A stretch of DNA of 64,000 nt from Bacteroidota bacterium (lineage in GTDB: Bacteria > Bacteroidota > Bacteroidia > UBA8524): the NCBI GenBank assembly GCA_016124735.1, contig WGMZ01000019.1, positions 3,217 through 67,216 of the forward strand, written 5' to 3'. Each line of letters starts with the position of its first letter. The stretch's first letter is position 1. This document shows, in pieces, positions 11,251 through 19,951 of the stretch. A program made the position numbers and the translations under genes. The notes under the pieces are model-generated. The model saw nothing but the letters and a program-made list of their open reading frames with translations, was not told the DNA's origin and did no database searches.

Positions 11251-12645
11251 ATGTTGAACAAAGAACCCAAATTTGTCGTAGATCTTCCAAAGGACCGCAG
11301 CTCCATCATCAAAGTGATTGGTGTAGGAGGCGGAGGAAGTAACGCCGTGAATCACATGTTCCGCCAGGGAATTGCCGGGGTGGATTTCTTTGTGTGCAAC
11401 ACGGATTCTCAGGCTCTGGAATTGAGTCCTGTTCCGAATAAAATTGCCATTGGCAATACTCTCACTGAAGGTTTGGGCGCGGGCTCTGAACCCGAAATCG
11501 GAAAGAAAGCAGCCTTGGAAAGCATTGAAGATATTATTGATCGCCTCGGTGTGAATACCAAGATGTTGTTTGTAACCGCAGGACTGGGTGGAGGTACCGG
11601 AACGGGTGCCGCGCCGGTAGTGGCGCAAACAGCTAAAGAACTTGGAATTCTCACAGTGGCTATTGTAACTACTCCCTTTGCATTCGAGGGAAACAAAAGG
11701 ATTGAACAGGCAACGCAGGGATTGGAAGAAATTCGTTCCTGTGTGGATGCGATTCTCATCATCTCCAATGACAAGCTCAAGGAAATGTATGGAAATCTTT
11801 CCCTGAGCAATGCATTCAGTAATGCGGATAATGTGTTGACCATTGCAGCCAAGGGAATTGCTGAGATCATCACCCTGAAAGGGATTATGAATGTCGATTT
11901 TGCCGATGTGAAAACGGCTATGACCGATAGCGGAGTGGCCATTATGGGCAATGGTATTGCCGAAGGAGAAGATCGCGCGATCAAGGCTGCACAGCAGGCG
12001 CTTGAGTCTCCCTTGCTGGATGAGAATCAAATTCGGGGAGCAAAAAATATTCTCTTGAATATCACCTATGGCACCGAAGAGATTCTAATGGAAGAGGCAA
12101 CCAAAATCAATGAGTTCTTTCAGGAACAGGCAGGGCGTACCGCCAATCTCAAATGGGGCTATTGCAAAGATGAGAACCTTGGAAAAAGCCTGTCTGTGAC
12201 GATTATTGCCACCGGATTTGAATCAAGAGAAAACACCCTGATTGAAACAAAACAAACCGTCGTGGGCACTCTCGATATGAAGAAGGAGGAAGAAGAGGAA
12301 AGAGGCGAAGCACCAAAAGATTTGTTCGATGGTACGGAAGCGGAAGCAGAGGGCAAGGAGAAAATGGTGGAGGAACATTCCGGAGAAGATGAGATGGAAG
12401 CCGAACGCATTCAGCGGATTAAAGACCGCATGCGTCAATTGCGCCAATTGAATGATGCCTACCAGGATCCGGATGGAGTGAATGAATTACACAATCAGCC
12501 AGCCTACCTGAGAAGAAAAGTAGATATGGATGATGTGAAACCGTCATCCGAGCAAAATATATCACGTTATTCTCTTTTTGAAGATGAGGAAAAACGCCCT
12601 GAAATCAGAAAGAACAACAGTTTTCTGCATGACAATGTAGATTAG
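11251..12645 (+). CDS. ftsZ: Cell division GTPase FtsZ
   Basis: Tubulin signature GGGTGTGAAPVVA and IGVGGGGSNAVNHM. There is a long acidic C-terminal linker and a conserved C-terminal peptide. Confidence 0.95.
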   Translation: MLNKEPKFVVDLPKDRSSIIKVIGVGGGGSNAVNHMFRQGIAGVDFFVCNTDSQALELSPVPNKIAIGNTLTEGLGAGSEPEIGKKAALESIEDIIDRLGVNTKMLFVTAGLGGGTGTGAAPVVAQTAKELGILTVAIVTTPFAFEGNKRIEQATQGLEEIRSCVDAILIISNDKLKEMYGNLSLSNAFSNADNVLTIAAKGIAEIITLKGIMNVDFADVKTAMTDSGVAIMGNGIAEGEDRAIKAAQQALESPLLDENQIRGAKNILLNITYGTEEILMEEATKINEFFQEQAGRTANLKWGYCKDENLGKSLSVTIIATGFESRENTLIETKQTVVGTLDMKKEEEEERGEAPKDLFDGTEAEAEGKEKMVEEHSGEDEMEAERIQRIKDRMRQLRQLNDAYQDPDGVNELHNQPAYLRRKVDMDDVKPSSEQNISRYSLFEDEEKRPEIRKNNSFLHDNVD

Positions 12646-12672
12646 TTTGACAGTTAGATGTCTTTGGGAAGA

Positions 12673-12697
12673 CCACGGCCTTGGCCGTGGTTTTTTT
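12673..12697 (+). terminator. Rho-independent terminator downstream of ftsZ (end of the dcw operon)
   Basis: A perfect palindrome CCACGGCCTTGGCCGTGG is followed by TTTTTTT, 28 nt after the ftsZ stop. Confidence 0.8.
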
Positions 12698-12753
12698 GTG
12701 AAAAGCCCCGGCATTTCATTTTCACTTTAAACAGTAATTGTTTACTTGCAGCT

Positions 12754-13314
12754 ATGATTGACTGGTCGCGACATAAACCCGAAGCGGGAAGACTTTTATT
12801 GTCGGAGCCAACATTGGCGGATCCTAATTTTGCCCGGACGGTGGTATTGCTGACTGCACATAATGAAGAAGGCTCCGTGGGCTTTGTCCTGAACCGTCCG
12901 TTGCAAATTAATATGTCGGATTTAGGCCATGGTTTTGACTCTATCAAACTGCCTCTATATGAGGGTGGACCGGTCGAATTAGATACCTTGCATTATGTAC
13001 ATCGCCTGGGTCCGGGTATTCCGGGAGCCACAGAAATTGGCAATGAAGTGTATTGGGGTGGTGATTTTGAAATTGTCAAAAAGGCTTTAAAATCCTATAC
13101 CAGCGAAACCATTCGGTTCTTCCTGGGCTATAGCGGATGGGCAGCAGGTCAGCTGGAGGATGAGATAGCACAGCATGCCTGGCTGGTAGCTCCGGCGTTG
13201 GAAGAAGATATCTTCCTGACTCCTCCGGATAAGCTTTGGGAAAAATGCATCAAAGGTTTGGGCGGCGAAGAAGCAGGTCTCGCCGGATATCCAATGGATC
13301 CCCGTTGGAATTAA
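12754..13314 (+). CDS. yqgE: YqgE/AlgH family protein (UPF0301)
   Basis: LLLSEPTLADPNFARTVVLLTAHNEEGSVGFVLNRPL matches the conserved N-terminal block of YqgE/AlgH proteins. I chose the ATG at 12754, because the ORF start at 12658 runs through the ftsZ terminator. Confidence 0.7.
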   Translation: MIDWSRHKPEAGRLLLSEPTLADPNFARTVVLLTAHNEEGSVGFVLNRPLQINMSDLGHGFDSIKLPLYEGGPVELDTLHYVHRLGPGIPGATEIGNEVYWGGDFEIVKKALKSYTSETIRFFLGYSGWAAGQLEDEIAQHAWLVAPALEEDIFLTPPDKLWEKCIKGLGGEEAGLAGYPMDPRWN

Positions 13315-13652
13315 TCAACTTCCGTTTTGATACCGTTTGATTTTCAGGAATTCTAGCGTTTTTTTATCATAAAATAGTTATAGATAGCTAGTTAAATAAC
13401 TAACTATATATGGCGAATTCAAAATCATATTATAGGTATCCATAATTTTCATATCGATTAAATCAGTCTCTTATATTCATCGAAAAAACGCTATATATCG
13501 ACTATTAGTAGAATGTTTGTCTTAAATTATTGGAAACAGAATTATTATTGTGTGATATAGTAACTAGGAAAAAATATTCTTGTTTGTGCATTGAAAGGAT
13601 TCAATAAATAGAATATATGACCTAGGTCTCTATATTTATAATTCTACAAGCC

Positions 13653-16600
13653 ATGAAAATAAATTATCTACTATTTCAATTGAACCGGAGGAGAAATTCT
13701 TCGGTTTTGAAGGGCCTGGTGGCTTTGTCCATTGGGCTATTTGCATACGGAGGTGCCTTGGCACAAACGTACACCTTTACAAATGCGGGTGCGAGCGGCC
13801 AAAATGGTCCGTCGCAATCCCAGGTAAATTCTGCTTATTCTGGTACAACTCTGGATGCGAAAGTGACTGTACTGAGCGGCATTCAGTATTGGGTAGTACC
13901 AAATACGGGAACCTACAAGATCGAAACAACAGGTGGTCAGGGTTACGGGCCATACGGCGGCCGGGGAGCCTACATGTCGGGAGATTTCCTTCTGCATGCG
14001 GGCGATACACTGAAAATATTGGTAGGTCAAAAAGGAGCACCTCCCGTAGGATCGGGCACCAATCAATTCGGTGGTGGCGGTGGTTCTTTCGTGACCTACA
14101 AGAACAATACTCCCATTATCATTGCCGGCGGTGGCGGTGGTTCTTGGGCCTCAACTTATACGAGCACAACGGATGCCAGTACGGGCACTTCCGGGAATAC
14201 TGCGGCAAATGGACCTACAAATGGTTCCGGCGGTTCCAATGGCAGCGGCGGTGCTGACGGCGGTATTGCCGGTGGTGGTGGCGGCCTCACAGGCGACGGT
14301 GGAGTTTCTCCCTACGGTGGATTGGCCTTCGTGAATGGAGGAACCGGAGGTAAAGCGACCTCCAATGGTGGAGAAGGTGGTTTCGGTGGTGGCGGTGGTG
14401 CCAACAGCTGGGATAACAGACGCGGTGGTGGCGGCGGTGGCTATAGTGGCGGCGGCGGTGCCGGAAGTACCACAACGGGTTACCCCGAAGGTGGTGGCGG
14501 CGGTTCCTATAACGCAGGAACGAACCAAAGCAATTTGGCCAGTGTGGGCTATGGAGATGGAAGCGTCATTATTACTACTTTAAAAACAGGTGCACACAAT
14601 GATATGGGTGTGATCTCTATTGATTCCCCCACAGTATTCTGTTCGGGTATTCACAATGTGGTGGCAACCATTCAGAATTTTGGTGCCAATACCGTGGATA
14701 GTGTTCACGTAAATTGGTCTGTCAACGGATCGCTCCAACCTGTTTATTATTATGCTGGAAGTACCATCGATACCATAGGTGGAAGTGCTTCGGCTACCAG
14801 ACAAGTGACCATAGGTAACTATAATTTCGGATCCTCTTCCTATTTAATTAAAGTTTGGACATCGAACCCGAATGGTGGAAGTGATACCGTCCATAACAAC
14901 GACACAACCATTGCAACCAAACAAGTTAATTTACCTGCTCCCGGTGGACTACGATACAGTACGCTGAATGCAACCAATGCGACCCTGGAATGGAATGGAG
15001 GTTCGGTATCCAATACCTGGGCATACGTTAATTCAACAAGCATTGGAACACCAACGGGTCCGGGCACTACCGTAAGTTCAGACAGTGTTTACCTGAATAA
15101 CCTGAACGAAAGGACAACATACTACCTCTATGTCAGAGAAATATGTTCAACCGGTGACAGTTCTTCCTGGGCCGGTCCTTTCCAATACAGAACGCCTTGT
15201 GCCAATATTTTAAATGGTACGTATACCATTGATCCGTCTCAGTCCGCATCGGCAACAAACTTTAAAACGTTTGGAGACGCCGCTTATGCATTGTCTGAAT
15301 GCGGTGTGTCTGGCCCGGTTTTGATTCAGGTTGCATCTGGTACTTTTACTGAACGTGTCGATTTCCAAACGATTAGTGGCGCATCATCTACCAATACAAT
15401 TACCTTCCAGGGTGCCGGAAAAGGTTCAACCATTCTGACGAATAATGGAAGCTCCTCTGCTAATTGGGCAAATATTCTGATGAACGGAACCGATTACGTG
15501 ACCTTCCGAGACATGACTATTCGCGCACAAAATTCCACCAACGGTATTGGCGTGTTGCTGACCAACCAGGCAGACCATAACCAATTCATCAATCTAAATA
15601 TTGAGATGAATACTTCCTCCACAAATTCCAACGTTTGGGGTATTGCGGCATCTGGTTCTTCAACATCGGTTACTACAGCAGGCGATGCGGCCAATTACAC
15701 CCTCGTGGATAGCGTAACTATCACTGGTGGATATGGCGGTGTATCTTTTTACGGAACCAGTTCTTCCGGCGCACACAGCTTTGGTAATAAAGTGAAGAAT
15801 TCATCCATTACGGGTACCTATTACTATGGTATCAGATTCTATTACCAGAATGAGCTCGTAGCAGACAGAAACACGATTTCTAATTTTCGGAATTCCACTA
15901 CCTATGGAATGTACGTGTACTATTCTTCCGATTATATCGTAAGCAATAATAATATCACCTCAAACTACTACGGCTTGAATGTATACTACTGCGACCGCTA
16001 TTTGATGAGTGGTTCTTTCAAAAGCCTGATCTACAATAACATGATTACCAGCAATAACTATTACACAGTCTATTGCTACTATACGTATGATGCAAACTTC
16101 TACCATAACACGATTGTCAGTCAATATGCCAGTGGTAACTACTTTGCTTATGCCAATAACCTGGATTGTCGCAATAACATTTTTGTGAACAAGAATACCA
16201 GCTCAACGGGTTATGTAATGTACATCGTAAGTGGTAGTCAGACGCATATGGATTACAATATCTATTCTGGAAACGGAGGAAGTTTCATCTATCACGATGC
16301 GGCAATTCCAAGTTACAACAGTTGGCTGCAAACATTCCCGACATTGAATCTTAACTCTCAGGAATTGGCTCCGGATTTTCAGAGCGCAACCGATTTCCAC
16401 CTCGATTATTCCAATCCTTTCCCCAGAGGAGAAAGAACACTCAATATCGCAGATGACATCGATGGAGACCTCCGCTGTGAAATTGCTCCAACCATTGGGG
16501 CAGATGAAAGCGAATACCAAAATCCATCTCCAACTGCGGGAATTGCCAGCAGCGATAGTGTCTATCTGAATTCTCCTACTACCTTCTATTCTGCATACCA

Positions 16601-19600
16601 ACCCTTGCCTGGGTTACTTTGGGATTATACCTGGTATGTAGATGATGTGTTAAAAAGCACAGAACTAAACTTCACACAAACTTTTGCCAATTCAGGCACC
16701 TACGAAGTTAAACTTCGGGCACGTAGCTGTTCTGGAAGTGATTTGGACAGCATTCAGGTAAGTATTGTGACACCTACCAGCTCTCCGGTAACCGACTTCA
16801 CAGCCAATAAATTGATATTGGATATTACAGAAACCAGTGACCTGAGTGATCTTTCGCATTTCGGTGCCACCCAATGGGAATGGACAGCCGAACCAAGTTC
16901 CGATGCAGTATTCAGTAATGCTTATAGTAGCAACCCAAGTGTATTCTTTACCAGTCCGGGAACTTACCGTATCTGCCTGAAAACAGACAACGGCGCCGGA
17001 GCAGGTAATAAGTTGTGCAAAAATGCCTATATCAGTGTAAACGATGACCAGGTAATGTGCACCGGAACATCCAGTTCTCATTCTTCAGGTCGCATCAGCG
17101 ACGATGGAAGTTCCGTTGGAAATTATTCCGCGAACAGCAGCTGTAATTTCCGCATTGAGCCTTGTGCCGGTAAAGTGACCCTTCGTTTCACACAATGGGC
17201 TTTGGCAGATGGAGATGATGAACTTAAAGTGTATGCCGGTACGGATAACAGCGCTACCTTGTTGGGTACTTTCACTGGTAATTCAACATTGCCGGGAGGT
17301 GTGAACGGTCTCATTTCAAACACCGGAAAAATGTACCTGGAATGGAATACTTCTCCAACCGGTCAAGCGGCTGGTTTTATTGCCTATTGGACCTCAGAAC
17401 CTGATCCGAACGCGATGCCTCCTGTGGCCGATTTTACAGTTCCAGATTCGATTTTCATCGATCAGGTTGTAAAATTTGAAAGTACCTCTACAGGCGATGG
17501 ACTCAGTTATGATTGGGACTTCGACTACCCGAATGGACAGATCGGATTAGAAGGTGGAAATAAGGATTTTGACCGCTATAAATGGAATGCATCCGGTACC
17601 TATCCAATTGCACTCAAAGTGCACAGTTGTTCCGGTGGAGACACCATGACCAGAAATATTCAGGTGTATGTTCCTAATTCTGCCCCTGTTGTTGGGTTTA
17701 CTGCAGACAGAACCAAAGTGCCGGTTCTTACTACAGTGACCCTTTCCGACAGCAGTTATCAGGGTGGAACTAAATGGAAATGGACCGTAACGCCATCAAA
17801 TACGGCGAATATTCTCACTCCGTTAGATCAACCTGAATTGAAAGTGAGTTTCATTAAGAGTGGAAAATACACGGTGAAACTGTGGTCAAGCAACTCAATC
17901 GGAGCGGATAGCCTAATTCGTGTCGATTATATCGACGTCTTTGATTACTGTGCTCCGGTAGTGGGCAATCTTAGCAATGACGTGGCAATCAGCCGGGTTA
18001 AATTTGGCCATATCGATAATTTCAGCGGAGTTGGAACAAACAAATACAGCAGCTACCTGAATGATTTTCCTGCGGAAAAAATAGCTTTAAGAGACAGCGT
18101 TGAAATTAGCATTGAACGCCTGAGTAATACCGATCCTATTAACAGAAAAATCTGGGTGGATTGGAACAACGATGGCGACTTTAATGATGCAGGAGAAGAA
18201 GTGGCAAGCCAAGCATCGGGTTATAGTATGGTATATACTACCAAAATCGCTGTTCCTTCTGGCGCAACAGCTGGATACACTACCTTACGAGTTGGGGTAA
18301 GTTATGGTCAGGATGTAAACCGTCCATGTGGCATCAACCCAACGGGCGAGTTTGAAGACTATCCCGTATTGGTGGTTGTTGACAACATGGCGCCGCTAAT
18401 TCAATTGCATGGACAAGATACCGTCTGGGTAGAAAAGGGCTATTCATACGTTGATGCGGGTGCTATAGCAACCGACAATATCGATGGAGACCTGACCTCG
18501 TTGATGAATGTGGTGAACAACGTAGATACTTCTCAGGTTGGCTCTTACTGGGTTCGCTACAACGTGAGTGACCTGGACGGAAATGCTGCCACTGAAGCAA
18601 TACGCGTGGTAATTGTTACTCCGGATGTAACCAAACCAGTGATTGTGCTGAATGGCAATGCAAGTATTAACGTAACTGTCAATACAAGCTATACTGATTC
18701 AGGTGCAACTGCCAGCGATTACTTCCAAATGAACCTCACCCCACAACTCATGTTTGGCGATAACATCGACCTGACAACCATTGGCAGCTACTACTACTAT
18801 TACACGGTAGAAGATGCTGCTGGCAACAAGGATTCGGTGGTTAGAATTGTGAACGTGATCGATGACATCAATCCGGTATTGAATCTGTTAGGCAACAATC
18901 CGCTTCATGTTGAAGTGTTTAGTTCGTTCAACGATCCGGGTTATACCGTGAGCGACAACTACTACACCCTGATAAATGTTCAGGTGGATAGCTCAACCAT
19001 TCAATTGGATAAACAAGGTGTGTACACCGTTACATATACTGCAAAAGATGGCTCAGGCAACTTGGCCATGTTAACCCGCGAGGTAATTGTTGAAGATAAA
19101 ACTGCTCCGGTATTGAGCCTTATTGGCTCGGATACTGTGATGGTGGATGTTTTCACCAGCTACAATGAACAGGGTGTTCAGGTAACGGATAACTTCTGTT
19201 CCGGATTGAAATGGAGCGTAGATATACAACCAAACATTAAGGTGTTGGGCGATTATATGCTGACGTATTCAAGCACAGATTGCAACGGAAATACCTCAGC
19301 CACTTTGACTCGCGTTGTGAGGGTAGTGGATCGTATTGCTCCTGTATTGACTTTGAATGGCTTTGCCGTCAATTCAGTACAACGTTGGGAAGGCTTCAAC
19401 GACCCTGGTGTAAGTATAGATGATAACTACTACAGCGAATCCGACTTGCAGGATAGCCTGGTGATTACCAGCAACCTTGATCCGAATTGGATAGGACTTT
19501 ACAGCATCTGCTATCAGGTAACCGACCCTTCAGGAAACAAATCAGGAATGATTTGCCGTACAGTGAATGTGGTAGACAACGTGACTTCTGTAAATGAAGT

Positions 19601-19850
19601 GAATGAGACGAAATACAACATTTATCCGAACCCCTCCAGAGGGCAGTTCTCCTTGGATTTCGGTGCGGTACTGTCTCAATCTGCCGATATCAAAATAATG
19701 GATATGACCGGAAAAGTAGTGTACGATGGAGCTGTTCAGCCAGGTAGGCAAATAGCAAACTTTCAGCTTGAACTTTCTCAGGGCATGTATTATGTGATGG
19801 TTAACAGCAATGCAAACCGTCAGATACTTAAGATTCAGATCCTTCCATAA
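13653..19850 (+). CDS. Giant multidomain cell-surface protein (2065 aa) with a T9SS C-terminal sorting domain
   Basis: Domain order, assigned by eye: signal peptide; ALK/LTK-like glycine-rich domain; FN3-like domain; right-handed parallel beta-helix repeats; PKD-like domains; CUB-like domain; GEVED domain (GEFEDY); six DUF5011/HYR-type Ig repeats (P.I.L.G...Y.D.GA.A.D..DGDL); and a Por_Secre_tail/T9SS C-terminal domain ([16 protein letters not shown]...ILKIQI). Confidence 0.85.
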   Translation: [2065 protein letters not shown]

Positions 19851-19873
19851 ATTGGAGACGATTTGGTTTGACG

Positions 19874-19905
19874 AAAGGGTACCCGAAAGGGTGCCCTTTT
19901 TTGTT
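19874..19905 (+). terminator. Rho-independent terminator after the giant surface-protein gene
   Basis: An 11-bp stem AAAGGGTACCC/GGGTGCCCTTT (one G·U pair) with a GAAA tetraloop, followed by TTTTTT, 24 nt after the stop. Confidence 0.8.
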
Positions 19906-19951
19906 TGAAAACAAGTAAAAAGAGGATGAATTTGTATTTTGGGAAACTATT

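Noticed and set aside
10294-12030. A 578-aa ORF on the minus strand spanning ftsA and ftsZ
   Set aside because: It is entirely antisense to two of the most conserved genes in the window, and it has no recognisable motifs and a low-complexity composition. It is a shadow ORF.
12658-12753. A longer start for yqgE at 12658
   Set aside because: The extension would translate through the ftsZ terminator hairpin (CCACGGCCTTGGCCGTGG T7). Homologues start near the ATG at 12754.
13737-14583. Several overlapping ORFs on both strands within 13737–14583 (e.g. 14151..14528 −, 14287..14475 − with HRRHH repeats, 14335..14583 +)
   Set aside because: They lie inside the glycine-rich coding region of the giant surface protein. 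Runs of GGN codons read as open Pro/Ala/Thr/His/Arg frames in other phases. These are artefacts of compositional bias.
16203-17323. Minus-strand ORFs of 129–132 aa inside the giant surface-protein gene, and similar ones inside sprA (e.g. 57541..58101 −, 54145..54549 −)
   Set aside because: They are antisense or shadow ORFs within long, well-supported coding regions and have no motifs.
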